Under the pieces are notes generated by a model. It was not told the origin of the DNA. It worked only from the letters and a program-made list of their open reading frames with translations, and searched no databases. From IMG/VR virus record IMGVR_UViG_3300035698_001735, positions 1-64,000 of that record: a stretch of DNA of 64,000 nucleotides. The stretch is one strand, 5' to 3'. The DNA is from a virus. This document shows positions 18,429-28,063 of this stretch, piece by piece (position 1 is the first letter of the stretch; every line of letters starts with the position of its first letter). The translations under genes were made by a program, and so were the position numbers.

Positions 18429-18782
18429 TTATTCTAAGTCTTGAATATCCGCAATTGCGTTTTGTACAGCAGTTACCCAATTCAGCGCTGCCTGCTCTTT
18501 AAGCACTATACCGTGTTCCTGGATGTCAACTCCTTTGACTAGAATATTATATGCTTTTTTAATACGCTTCCACATGCCGTCTGTACTCAAGCTGTAGGGA
18601 GTCCATGTTTTAACATAGAAAGTTATGTTGACTCCGAAGTCGGTCTCTGCATCAACCTCTATCCAAGTATCAACGGCATGATCTTCACAAGTGCAGTCAC
18701 ATTCAATATGATAAATCTTTGCGTTATCTAAACTGCTGGATTCCGAAATACCGCTTGCTGGCGTCTGAGCTTTGATATTCAT
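18429..18782 (-). CDS. hypothetical protein with CxCxxxxH motif
   Basis: ECDCTCEDH; AGGAG SD. Confidence 0.65.
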   Translation of the reverse strand: MNIKAQTPASGISESSSLDNAKIYHIECDCTCEDHAVDTWIEVDAETDFGVNITFYVKTWTPYSLSTDGMWKRIKKAYNILVKGVDIQEHGIVLKEQAALNWVTAVQNAIADIQDLE

Positions 18783-18813
18783 AGTTACTCCTTTGTTGCA
18801 AATATATATGCTC

Positions 18814-19074
18814 TTATATCTTCGCGAGCACCTTTAGTGGCCCTGGCATGTTGGACCACGCATAGTTTAATGAACGAAGTGCTTTAACTAGTGATGCAGT
18901 CGACCGTCGACCAATGCCGCCTTTAATGAAGACCTCGTCGGCACCATATGTAACCCATCGAGTGTAGAAAACTGAAGGACGAACAAGATACTTGTAACTT
19001 TTAATTGTAAGAGTATGAACACCTTCGTCGGTTTGGACCTCGTATTGTCCTGCTTTTACCATTAGCAAGCGCAT
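18814..19074 (-). CDS. hypothetical protein
   Basis: translationally coupled ORF. Confidence 0.55.
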   Translation of the reverse strand: MRLLMVKAGQYEVQTDEGVHTLTIKSYKYLVRPSVFYTRWVTYGADEVFIKGGIGRRSTASLVKALRSLNYAWSNMPGPLKVLAKI

Positions 19075-19340
19075 TATTCTAATCCGCTAATATTAAATGA
19101 TTTGCCCTTCTCGAAGTGCTCTGCTGCTCTACCGCTATAATAAAACATCTTGTTGCATTGTGTGCATTGATAGCGATGCAAGTCGATGTCATTGGTTGTT
19201 GACTCAACACCTCCGTCTATCCACTCTGACTCGTCTAATTCAAAGCCGCCCAATTCGTATTCTTCTCGATCAAAGTCAGGTCGATCGTGCCAGTATCCGG
19301 CTACTTCTCTTGTATGAGTACAAGTTTTAGGATCTTTCAT
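19074..19340 (-). CDS. hypothetical zinc-binding protein
   Basis: CTH...CTQC. Confidence 0.6.
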   Translation of the reverse strand: MKDPKTCTHTREVAGYWHDRPDFDREEYELGGFELDESEWIDGGVESTTNDIDLHRYQCTQCNKMFYYSGRAAEHFEKGKSFNISGLE

Positions 19341-19765
19341 TTGTTTAGTTTCTCCTGTCTTAGTTTCTCTAAGCTATTTACGTGCTTACAATCCCCGCGG
19401 TATTGATACCCTGGACAAGTACACATCACTACACCATCGTTCACTGTAACTTTGTATGTATTTCCTTTAGAGCCGGGTACTGTATATTCTTCATATGGCG
19501 GAGCAACTTCAACAGCAGCTTCTTTATAGTTAACTGGTGTTCCGTTGACTTCGACTATGCGATGCCGTTGCAGAACTCTAACTGGAAATTTATGTATTGT
19601 AGTAGTAAGTCCAATGCGGTGTTCGCCGTGCCACTTATCACATACAATAGTGCCGGAGTATTCGTTGAACTCTTTTATGTGGTCTTTCGAATGGTAGGCG
19701 TCGCGGTACTGCCACTGTACATTTTCTACCTTAAGTATAACTTTTTGACCAGCGGCTAGTAACAT
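19337..19765 (-). CDS. SWIM zinc-finger protein
   Basis: GSKGNTYKV...CTCPGYQYRGDCKH. Confidence 0.8.
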   Translation of the reverse strand: MLLAAGQKVILKVENVQWQYRDAYHSKDHIKEFNEYSGTIVCDKWHGEHRIGLTTTIHKFPVRVLQRHRIVEVNGTPVNYKEAAVEVAPPYEEYTVPGSKGNTYKVTVNDGVVMCTCPGYQYRGDCKHVNSLEKLRQEKLNK

Positions 19766-19774
19766 TAGCTATCC

Positions 19775-20668
19775 TTATATATGACAGTCGATTACTGAGA
19801 TCCATGCATCGTCCGGCAAGTTATCCCACATGTTCATCCACTGTGTGTACCATTCGTTACGATCAAGTTCGTTACTTGACATGCCGAACCAACCCATTTC
19901 TCCGCGTTGATGCCATCCATTACTATCAAGCATTGCGTAAGAAAGATTCTGCTGCCGACACTGTGTTTCGTAATCTTCGCGTGTGATATCGATCATATCA
20001 TCTACTGCTAGCCATATGTATTCGTCGCGCTCCCACCCGCAGCTTTCTAAAAACTTATGCAACGCTGGCTTTTGATTGTGGTATGTATCGCGTGCTAAAT
20101 CTATGTCGTTGTCTAATTCATCACGCACAGTATGCCATGCATGCCAGTTGTTTTCGATAAGCCACGGACTAATAAGATCAAATTTTTCTAGTTTCTTCTC
20201 AACACCATTAGATAACATAGCTTCTAAGTCAATGTCTGCCTTTAGCGCTTGGTTAACTTTATCGCCATCTCTAGTTATTAACATACCGTCCCATCGCCCG
20301 CCAATAGAATACCAATCCCATTTAGCATTAGGGTTGGTGCGTTTGTATACTCGCGTAATAGAATCATGTTCGTCAACTGTTGCATAGCCGTAAGTAGTGC
20401 CGTCGACGCTCCTTCGATCAGTGCCGCGTGGCACTGTTTCGTACTCGTAGTCCTGTGCCAGGAATTGTAATTCATTTAGCAGAGGTGAGCTACACTGTGC
20501 TAAGTGTTCGTTGTTGCTAGCATGTTCTTTGCGGAATTCAAGCGTGATGTCAATGTCCTGCACAAATTCATCGTCGTGGCCGGTACATTCAAATTCATGG
20601 AACGGAGCTAATTGTGATTTGACGGTTTCGTTGTCTTGTATAGCAGATAGTACTACGAAGTGGGACAT
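19775..20668 (-). CDS. hypothetical phage protein
   Basis: MSHFVVL, NPNAKWDWYSIGGRW, GEMGWFG, C-terminal VIDCHI. Confidence 0.8.
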   Translation of the reverse strand: MSHFVVLSAIQDNETVKSQLAPFHEFECTGHDDEFVQDIDITLEFRKEHASNNEHLAQCSSPLLNELQFLAQDYEYETVPRGTDRRSVDGTTYGYATVDEHDSITRVYKRTNPNAKWDWYSIGGRWDGMLITRDGDKVNQALKADIDLEAMLSNGVEKKLEKFDLISPWLIENNWHAWHTVRDELDNDIDLARDTYHNQKPALHKFLESCGWERDEYIWLAVDDMIDITREDYETQCRQQNLSYAMLDSNGWHQRGEMGWFGMSSNELDRNEWYTQWMNMWDNLPDDAWISVIDCHI

Positions 20669-20933
20669 AATATTTCCTGTAATTTATTAATGTAAAAATA
20701 GCATAACTTCTGCGTTGTAGTAAGTCAACAGGTGTTTGCTAGCTAAGTGACTTTACGTTTTACGTCAGCTGGTATCTTAACTCCAACCAGCTTGGAGACT
20801 TCATTTGATACTGCAATAGCTAAGTCGGTATCTACTTCTTTGTGCTGATTCTTTCTCGAGCACCATCCTCTAGCAACAGCACCTAGTATTTCTTCGTAAG
20901 TAGGTTTTTTCATTTAATACTTCTCCTAATCAA

Positions 20934-21188
20934 TTAATGACATTCACACAGTCCGCCGTTATAAGCATAAGGGCCTCGTGGTCCTTGGTGATCTCCACCT
21001 ACATAATGACAACCTTTTTCGCCGTACCAATCCTCGCCGTCCCCACAGCAATCACAAACCTGCACATCGTGATCGTTGTTGTTTGCAATCCATAATAAAA
21101 TAACCTCTGGATCTTCTGAGTATTCAATAGCTTTGATTTGCTCAAGGTTGATAAAGCCTTCACCTTTACATCTAGTACATACTGTCAT
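20934..21188 (-). CDS. small Cys-rich (DnaJ-zinc-finger-like) protein
   Basis: CTRCKGEG, CDCCGDG, CECH. Confidence 0.6.
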   Translation of the reverse strand: MTVCTRCKGEGFINLEQIKAIEYSEDPEVILLWIANNNDHDVQVCDCCGDGEDWYGEKGCHYVGGDHQGPRGPYAYNGGLCECH

Positions 21189-21567
21189 GTATCACCTGTT
21201 TATTTAAGTGTTGCGCTCATTCCGTTCAAACCTGCACCAAAGTAAGAAGGCTTTAATTCAATACCGTTCTTATCAACAAATTTAACTTCGTTTTTTTCAT
21301 ACTGTGTTATTAGCTTATGGCTAAAGTAATAACACACGCCTTTTTCTTTTGTTATTTCTTTCATATATTACCTCCTTAACTCCAGCCACCAACTAAAGGG
21401 GTGCCTGTTTTAATTATTTGACTTGTAGCTTTTACCGCTTCATTAAATAGTAAAGGATCATTATTCCTGCTATCCGGAAATACTTCCCAGATCATTCCAT
21501 GTCTAGTTTGTACTGTCCAGCTACCATGATCAAAATAAGGTACTTCAAATTCCATATCTTTCATATA

Positions 21568-21894
21568 TCACTTGTGCCTGCCGTCACCTTGACAACGCCC
21601 GCACATAACACCACGGCCCCAGTCATCAAGTACATTTCCGGTTGTTGTGCAGCTTCGGCAAGGCTTTGTATTATTCAGCCATCGCCTGTGCTTTTCTTGA
21701 TCAGTTTTGAGTTGCGTCAGCTCTCTTGCTTCGTCGGATATATAGTTAGCGTTAATTACATCCAAGCCAGTAGCTAGCCCGTGATTTTCGTGAGCGCCTT
21801 CGACCCATCCTGCAATAGTATTAATTTGCTCGTCGGTTGCATTTAATTTTGCATCCTCGCACGCTTCTCTTATACATTCATCCCAGTAGTCCAT
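21568..21894 (-). CDS. hypothetical protein with CxxCxxxG zinc finger
   Basis: CRSCTTTG...CGRCQGDG. Confidence 0.65.
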   Translation of the reverse strand: MDYWDECIREACEDAKLNATDEQINTIAGWVEGAHENHGLATGLDVINANYISDEARELTQLKTDQEKHRRWLNNTKPCRSCTTTGNVLDDWGRGVMCGRCQGDGRHK

Positions 21895-21896
21895 AA

Positions 21897-22136
21897 CTAT
21901 TCCTCTTGTTTAGGAAAGCAGGCCATTCCGCCCTTGCTATCGCCTGCTACAAATACACATTGCATATGCGGTGCTGCTTTTGATGTAAACTCATACACGC
22001 GTAAGTCCGAGCCTGCCGCTTCTAGTCGCCATACTTTGTCACCAGAATCAGTTATAGTGTTGCTATCAAAACGACTGCCGGCATCGCATGCAGTAAGAGC
22101 AAGTGCTGAAAATGCTATTAATATTAATTTTTTCAT
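21897..22136 (-). CDS. putative lipoprotein
   Basis: MKKLILIAFSALALTAC lipobox. Confidence 0.75.
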   Translation of the reverse strand: MKKLILIAFSALALTACDAGSRFDSNTITDSGDKVWRLEAAGSDLRVYEFTSKAAPHMQCVFVAGDSKGGMACFPKQEE

Positions 22137-22138
22137 GT

Positions 22139-22619
22139 TTAGTTCTCTTCTAGTAAGTCAGTGGGTATTTTATCGCATGACGCTGCGGCCATTCGACGGA
22201 ACGATTGTGCAAAACAAAGGCCTGTTCTTGAGTCCTTGTGGTAAGTAATGCTTTCTATATTAGTGGCGTTAACTGAGCCGCCTACGTTGTTCTTAAACAT
22301 ATAAAAAATAGCAGAGACAAGCATAATGACGCCAATTAAAGTTACTGCGAATTCGGATTTTGTCATATTATTTCTCTCCTGATTTAATAGTTGATAACTC
22401 GTATTCTAGTGCTTTAATGCGAGCCTTAAGTGCAGGCACTGACTGGCCGATATGCGGAGTTAAGCACGCTGGCACTTCCATGCCTAGCTTCTGGAATAAA
22501 TCAGCAAGCTCTGCTGGCTCAGCATCTGAGCAGTCGCCTTCGTAGTTAGCTATTCTTTCTACTTGCTCCATGGTCTTAACATCGTATGCTAAGTCAAATT
22601 CGCGCGGTAAATCTTTCAT
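22139..22619 (-). CDS. two small hypothetical proteins (22139..22366 membrane-anchored; 22368..22619)
   Basis: tightly packed co-oriented ORFs. Confidence 0.55.
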
Positions 22620-22668
22620 ATAAAGCCTGTGTGCTAAGTTGTAACAGTATTATAAACTATTGCTAGAA

Positions 22669-23328
22669 TTAACGCAACTTCTTTCTTGACAGTTGTTCTT
22701 GAAAGATAGGATAGTACTCACCTAAGAACGCGTCGTCCATTATACACTGCTCTGGATCTTGCCAAATATATTCTGCGTGCCCTCTGTCTATGTTTGTGTT
22801 ATCCTTAAGTATTTTCAATAGGCGATGCTTTTCGTAACTGTGTTTTAACAAAGGAAAGTCTTGTTCAAAGAAGCGGTAGTCCCAACTCCAGCACTTAGGT
22901 TCCAGGATAGTGCTAGACATTGTATGTCTGAAATTGTTTGACCGGAAGAACGCATTGCTAACTTCTTCCCACGGACCATTGTAGGAACCACTTCCGCCGG
23001 TGCCGGAGTGCGTTAATGTGTTTCTAAGTGTACCGGAAGTGCTGGCGTTAGATGGTTTATCAAATCGCATCCAGACTCGGCCAGACCACCCAGGGTGGCC
23101 AGTAGGTAGAGTGTTATCTTGCCGAGCCCAGTTTGTTTTGAGACCCGCAGGAGCATAGTGCGAATTAGATACGTTTTCGTTTCTTTGTACCGAAAACGAA
23201 AATCCTACAAGTTTAATTTTTGGATCACGGTCATTTTGAATTATACGAACACAGCACTCTCCTAGTTCAACTAGGCTGTTAGGCTCTTTTCCTGCCTTGT
23301 TAAGAAATTGTTGCTTAAGTTGTGTCAT
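22669..23328 (-). CDS. hypothetical phage protein
   Basis: 219 aa; GHPGWSGRVW and HSGTGGSG motifs. Confidence 0.7.
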   Translation of the reverse strand: MTQLKQQFLNKAGKEPNSLVELGECCVRIIQNDRDPKIKLVGFSFSVQRNENVSNSHYAPAGLKTNWARQDNTLPTGHPGWSGRVWMRFDKPSNASTSGTLRNTLTHSGTGGSGSYNGPWEEVSNAFFRSNNFRHTMSSTILEPKCWSWDYRFFEQDFPLLKHSYEKHRLLKILKDNTNIDRGHAEYIWQDPEQCIMDDAFLGEYYPIFQEQLSRKKLR

Positions 23329-23334
23329 AATATC

Positions 23335-24056
23335 TCAATACCGTAAGTGTAAAAATAGACGGTATAACCCATACCCTATCGCTACTAATAAAGTCAGCGG
23401 ATAAAATATGGACATCAAACACGTAAGGACTAGTTCACGATCAGATAATTCTCTGCCGTGTATATCCACAGCAAACTTAAGAATAATTAAATATATAAAG
23501 CAAGCCGGCATCGCCCAGTATAGTGCGATCATTTCTGTGTATGGCATGCTATTTTCTCCTTGGAAGTTTGAATTCACGATGCTTAGTTAGGCACAGCCAT
23601 AATTTATTTTGCGATAGCTTGGCTGAATTAAACAAACTGCCTTCCGCTATTAGGTCTATCAATGCAATGAATATCAAAAGGATACCTATGCCGGCCGATA
23701 CTGGATAAAAAATAGATGAAATTAACACATCGCCGTAATTCTTATTAGACAGGGGCATGGTTGCCTTTTTGTCTATGTTAGGCCACCTTCGAAGTAATAC
23801 CAACGCGGTGATTAACGAAGGCAGCACCCAAAATAATAACACTTTATCTAGTATTGTCATGATCGTCTTCCTCTTCTATTTCTTCGTCCCACTTTAAGAT
23901 GTGGTAGTCTTGGCCGCGCTTCTCATGCTTTAAGAAGCCTTCTTTGCACAAGTGCTCGATAACTCCTTCGGCAATGGTATTGCTGTTGATCAGTGCTTTT
24001 CTTACTAGATAGCCTGCCACAAACGACAAGATCACCATTAATACTGGGTATTCCAT
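23335..24056 (-). CDS. three small membrane proteins (23335..23577, 23549..23860, 23844..24056)
   Basis: hydrophobic ORFs; the first two share an SIFYP motif. Confidence 0.55.
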
Positions 24057-24787
24057 TATACCTCCTTTAACCTTATTAAGAAACCTGTTGTGTCTTTCTT
24101 CGCTCTACCTTTTGCTTTTAATCCTACAACAACATTACTTGGATCTTGGAAACGTAAGTCATTTTTGTCGCCGTCGATAACATTTAGGTTCCAGTAGCTC
24201 TTTGGAACTTTATCAAACACTGCTGCTATGTTATAGCCTTGTTTAATGGCCTTCTGCACATCAGCGTCGTTACCGTCAGCAGCTGAAAATGTTAAATGAT
24301 AGTTACTTATCTTAGTAGCCTTTCTCCCTAGCACCTTAGTGTAATCATAAAACTGTAAATCAGGAAATAAGGCAAATATGTTTTTAGCGCCGTCAACTGC
24401 GTATTTCTCCCAACTAATGTCGGATGTGCCGTTGAGTCTAAAAACAGGAGTCAATCCTTTCTTGGTTGCGTTCTTAACAGCAAACCTTATATCTTGTGCA
24501 AGTCGTGTTAAAAACGTACTACGGTCCTGGAAGAACCAAGTAGTCTTGCGTCGACGCGCCCATTGCACTATATTGTTGTTAACCTCAAGAGTTTCGCCTG
24601 GCTGAAACATACCGCCGTGTCCTGCTGTATTTAAACATGCTGCTCGACAGCCCGGAGTAGCCTTAGGACAAGTATTTCCTATGCCAACTAAGTCCGACGG
24701 AAGCAGCGATAGCATAAACGTAGCGTACCCGTCTTTCTCGCCTTTCCTTGTTTTTGTATTAGCCGGTGATAATAGATGCAGTCCCAT
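24056..24787 (-). CDS. Gp88-like protein (Cys-rich N-terminus, possible Fe-S)
   Basis: CPKATPGCRAACL, RLNGTSDI, FYDYTK, YHLTFS, GDKNDLRF, GLKAKG. Confidence 0.75.
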   Translation of the reverse strand: MGLHLLSPANTKTRKGEKDGYATFMLSLLPSDLVGIGNTCPKATPGCRAACLNTAGHGGMFQPGETLEVNNNIVQWARRRKTTWFFQDRSTFLTRLAQDIRFAVKNATKKGLTPVFRLNGTSDISWEKYAVDGAKNIFALFPDLQFYDYTKVLGRKATKISNYHLTFSAADGNDADVQKAIKQGYNIAAVFDKVPKSYWNLNVIDGDKNDLRFQDPSNVVVGLKAKGRAKKDTTGFLIRLKEV

Positions 24788-24897
24788 AATATAGCCTTGA
24801 TGTGTATGTGTGTTCTACTATAATAGCAAAGTATACTAGCAAAGTCAACTTATATGTAGAGTTTTGTATTTTATTATTTGTTATACCACGAAACCAG

Positions 24898-25077
24898 CTA
24901 TCTTTCTTCTTTCCTGTCACTCTGTAGCATATAGTTGTTGCAATTTTGACAAGGGTCATATTCGGTGTTAGTGGCATAGTGGCCGCCAAGAGGTTGCCCA
25001 ATCATATAGCCCAACTGGTGCGACGTGCAGGCGCTAAGACTTAGTAGTGCAAGCAGCGCCAAAAACGTATATCTCAT
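24898..25077 (-). CDS. small lipoprotein (not in ORF track)
   Basis: MRYTFLALLALLSLSAC lipobox, 59 aa; consensus promoter upstream. Confidence 0.65.
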   Translation of the reverse strand: MRYTFLALLALLSLSACTSHQLGYMIGQPLGGHYATNTEYDPCQNCNNYMLQSDRKEER

Positions 25078-25106
25078 GTACTGTTTCTCTTATGTGTAAC
25101 TACTAC

Positions 25107-25135
25107 ATTATACAGTAATTTATAATAACTGTCAA
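25107..25135 (-). promoter_or_regulatory. consensus sigma70 promoter at the strand-switch point
   Basis: TTGACA-N17-TATAAT. Confidence 0.85.
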
Positions 25136-25183
25136 GCGCAGCTCAGCTCGTGCAATAACGAAGCTAAAACTCATAAATACAGT

Positions 25184-25429
25184 ATGAGAACAGGGAGAAT
25201 CATTATGTCAACATTACGTAAATTCAGCGTAGACTTTGAGCTAGGCCAAGAAATTCTGGTAGGACCCAACAACAAGCGCGAAACAATAACCAAAATTGAA
25301 TACTTTGAAAAAAGTGGTGAGATTTCACTAGGGACCACAGCAGGACCACGCAGCGCACTTACCTTTCGACTGTACTCAGGTGCGCGACGCAGCCATACAC
25401 TAACTAACCCAGCAGATAAATACCGTTAA
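25184..25429 (+). CDS. hypothetical protein, late promoter
   Basis: TAAATA at 25174; alternative SD-led ATG at 25205. Confidence 0.65.
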   Translation: MRTGRIIMSTLRKFSVDFELGQEILVGPNNKRETITKIEYFEKSGEISLGTTAGPRSALTFRLYSGARRSHTLTNPADKYR

Positions 25430-25446
25430 ATACAAGGATAATCCAT

Positions 25447-25686
25447 ATGAAAATGTCAGATTTAGATGAATCAATTGAGATAGAAGCAAAAGCTTCTTCG
25501 GCACTATGTAAGAGCACGCGACCGGACAGCAAACTCGGATCCAGTCAACTTTCTTCGTGCAAAAGTCAAGGTTATCGAAAACGCGATAGTGGAAAGAATT
25601 ACACAAAGGGCGGCAAGACCCAAAAGGTCGGACGCAAAAAGATTAAAGGCAAGAAGTACGGCGGACCACTTAAAGACTATTCTTAA
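25447..25686 (+). CDS. small basic protein
   Basis: Lys-rich, CKS...SCKSQG; TAAATA and AGGA upstream. Confidence 0.7.
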   Translation: MKMSDLDESIEIEAKASSALCKSTRPDSKLGSSQLSSCKSQGYRKRDSGKNYTKGGKTQKVGRKKIKGKKYGGPLKDYS

Positions 25687-25698
25687 AAGGACTACACA

Positions 25699-26247
25699 AT
25701 GGATTACACCGGACACCTTCTAGTAGCGCACCCTAACCTTGAACAGAGTATCTTTTCAAAGTCAGTGATATTCATTCACCAAGATGGTGAACAAGGTAGC
25801 ATGGGGATGATACTGAACAAACCTACAACTACTCCACTGACGACATTACTGCGTCAGCAAGGACTACTGAGTATATCGTCAGCTAACATACTGTATCGTG
25901 GTGGGCCACTGACTCCGGACTGCATGGTAATGATACACACTAACGACTGGTACAGCTCTAATACTAAACAGGTAACTGACACTGTTGCTGTGTCTTCAGA
26001 CGAAGTAATGCTAGAAAAGTTAGCAGTTGGTAACGAGCCAGAGCAATGGAAGTTGTGCGCCGGGCAGTGTGCTTGGATGCCAGGACAGTTGCAGGCAGAG
26101 GTAGACGGTACTAACGAATTCCCCAAAGATAAGACCTGGCTGGTTGTACCAGCAACTGATGAAATAATTTTTAACGTAAATACCGATGATATTTGGTATC
26201 AAGCAGTAGATTACTGTTCTAAAGTATTAGTAGAAACTCTCTTGTAA
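25699..26247 (+). CDS. YqgE/AlgH (DUF179) family protein
   Basis: GHLLVAHP, FSKSVIFI, GMILNKP, GGP, W.PGQLQAEV, WLVVPA motifs. Confidence 0.88.
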   Translation: MDYTGHLLVAHPNLEQSIFSKSVIFIHQDGEQGSMGMILNKPTTTPLTTLLRQQGLLSISSANILYRGGPLTPDCMVMIHTNDWYSSNTKQVTDTVAVSSDEVMLEKLAVGNEPEQWKLCAGQCAWMPGQLQAEVDGTNEFPKDKTWLVVPATDEIIFNVNTDDIWYQAVDYCSKVLVETLL

Positions 26248-26260
26248 TATACGCACAAGT

Positions 26261-26360
26261 GCAGCGGGGTCTTTTAGAACACAACTTATTCTAGATAAAC
26301 TAGCAGCGGGGTCTTTTAGAACACAACTTATTCTAGATAAACTAGCAGCGGGGTCTTTTA
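26261..26360. repeat. 42-bp tandem repeat, 2.4 copies
   Basis: GCAGCGGGGTCTTTTAGAACACAACTTATTCTAGATAAACTA at 26261 and 26303, partial at 26345. Confidence 0.95.
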
Positions 26361-26387
26361 CTATAAATAGAATACAGGAGATAAACC

Positions 26388-26795
26388 ATGAACACATTTA
26401 AAGCAGCAATCTTAGCCGCATTTCTAGTAAGCTTGCCGATATCGGCTATCCCGCAAGATAATAAAACAGCAAAAGTAATGACGGCTCACCTTCCGTGCAA
26501 TTTAAGACCAGTTGTAGTTCGTACGTTCCCGGAGAAGTATAAACAGAAAGGATTTGCTCAAGGACTTGGGGAAATGATTGTTAATACCCCTACATCTCCG
26601 CAAGGATTAGAAAAGCAAGCTGGCGTCTTTGAATTATATGTTGACATGAAGACTGAGACTTTTTCAGTGCTACTCAGTGTAATTTATGAAGGAAAAACTT
26701 TTAGTTGTGTTGTAATGGCCGGCAAAGGATTTGGGCCGTTTGATCCAGCAACTGGTGCTGATGCATTAAACAAACCTAAAGGCTTGTCTATTTAA
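26388..26795 (+). CDS. exported hypothetical protein
   Basis: signal peptide; TATAAATA late promoter and AGGAG SD. Confidence 0.7.
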   Translation: MNTFKAAILAAFLVSLPISAIPQDNKTAKVMTAHLPCNLRPVVVRTFPEKYKQKGFAQGLGEMIVNTPTSPQGLEKQAGVFELYVDMKTETFSVLLSVIYEGKTFSCVVMAGKGFGPFDPATGADALNKPKGLSI

Positions 26796-27204
26796 ACCAG
26801 CTAATCTTTTCATCTGCGGCCTTGCGCCGCTTGTACTCTTTAACAGTGCTAGGATATTTCCAACAGTATAATGCAACCAATGCCATGAATCCTGCGCTCC
26901 ATAGTGCAGCTTTTACATTGCCTGTTGTAAGGTAAGTAAAGCACACAGTTGATGACATAACTGCTACCATTGCATACTTAAGACGTTGCGGAAACACTTT
27001 CTTATCAGTCCAGTTAGTTAAAAACTCTCCAAACCAAGGATGATTGTACAACCATGCATGCATCTTGTCCGAACTCTTAGCAAAGCAAGTGGCTGCTCCT
27101 ACTAAAAAGATCGAAAAAGGTATGCCTGGGACTATAAACCCAACGTAAGCCATGCCTAAGCATAACATTCCTGTAACGTACCATAAACTTTTCTTTATAT
27201 TCAT
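26788..27204 (-). CDS. YbaN/DUF454 family inner-membrane protein
   Basis: G..PGIPFSIFL..A..CFAKSS..H.WL.NH.WFG; likely start MNIKK at 27204. Confidence 0.85.
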   Translation of the reverse strand: MNIKKSLWYVTGMLCLGMAYVGFIVPGIPFSIFLVGAATCFAKSSDKMHAWLYNHPWFGEFLTNWTDKKVFPQRLKYAMVAVMSSTVCFTYLTTGNVKAALWSAGFMALVALYCWKYPSTVKEYKRRKAADEKISWFK

Positions 27205-27208
27205 GCTG

Positions 27209-27222
27209 TATTTAGCTAAATA
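27209..27222. promoter_or_regulatory. back-to-back T4-type late promoters (palindrome)
   Basis: TATTTAGCTAAATA gives TAAATA on both strands, with ATGs 4-5 nt away on each side. Confidence 0.65.
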
Positions 27223-27227
27223 ATTGC

Positions 27228-27437
27228 ATGGCAGAAAATAACATATCAACACTAGCAAACAAGCAGTTGCGACAAGTCGCTAAACTAGATTTAGCGGCAG
27301 CTAAGCGAACAGCGGATGGAAATCCGCGCGATGTTTACGACATTACTGAGTTACCGACGCAGTACGACGACGACAGCGTAACTGATAATCCAAATAGCGG
27401 TGGGCTTTTGTTAGGAAGGCCGTGGAATACAAATTAA
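27228..27437 (+). CDS. small hypothetical (probable virion) protein
   Basis: LPTQY...NPN.GGL..GRPW C-terminus; late promoter. Confidence 0.65.
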   Translation: MAENNISTLANKQLRQVAKLDLAAAKRTADGNPRDVYDITELPTQYDDDSVTDNPNSGGLLLGRPWNTN

Positions 27438-27453
27438 TCCTTTGCTTAACCGC

Positions 27454-27482
27454 AAAAACCCAGCACTGCTTCCAGTACTGGG
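27454..27482 (-). terminator. intrinsic terminator
   Basis: CCCAGTACTG-GAAG-CAGTGCTGGG-TTTTT on minus strand. Confidence 0.75.
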
Positions 27483-27656
27483 ATCTTTGTAGCCAACGCA
27501 CTAAGTAGGGATTACCTAGTGTTGTTTGTGAACCCGTAAAACCTTAGCAGCAACTACTTTTCAGTAATAGATACATTCAGGTGTTCTACAAAGTGATTAT
27601 ATCACCTCCATTTTTTTTGGTTAAAGTTCACGTTGGCTTAACTTGTAATGAGTGTA

Positions 27657-27971
27657 TTACTTAGAGTCGTTTATAAACTCGTAATATATCTTAGCTGCAT
27701 CTAGTACTTCTTTAGTACCAGGCACCGCCGGCAATTCTACTTTAAGTTCAACAAAGCCGTTATCTGGCGTAACTGACAGTTCGTATTGGCTGAGCTTGTA
27801 GTGATAGTCGCTAAACACTGTTTCTTTTGCTAGTTCTAAAACCTGCGTGCGAATTTCGTATCCGTTGCGGTTAAATTTAACAGTTGGCGTGTGCTTTTCC
27901 ATTAATGATTTTGTTGCTTGCATGTTGTCAAGCATTTGCGCCATTAGTTCGTCTGGGGTAGGTATTGTCAT
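27657..27971 (-). CDS. hypothetical phage protein
   Basis: NGYEIRTQVLELAK...AAKIYYEFI; TTGACA-N17-TATAAT at 28053-28025. Confidence 0.75.
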   Translation of the reverse strand: MTIPTPDELMAQMLDNMQATKSLMEKHTPTVKFNRNGYEIRTQVLELAKETVFSDYHYKLSQYELSVTPDNGFVELKVELPAVPGTKEVLDAAKIYYEFINDSK

Positions 27972-28063
27972 TTTGTTTTCCTGTGTGTATGTTAATGTGT
28001 GTAAATAATTGTCTGCAAGCGTTTATTATATACGCTTTATATTAATTTGTCAAGCTGTAATAC

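Noticed and set aside
26261-26360. possible CRISPR mini-array
   Set aside because: The units are identical head-to-tail 42-mers with no unique spacers and there is no cas operon. The Cas4-like nuclease 10 kb away is a common stand-alone phage gene.
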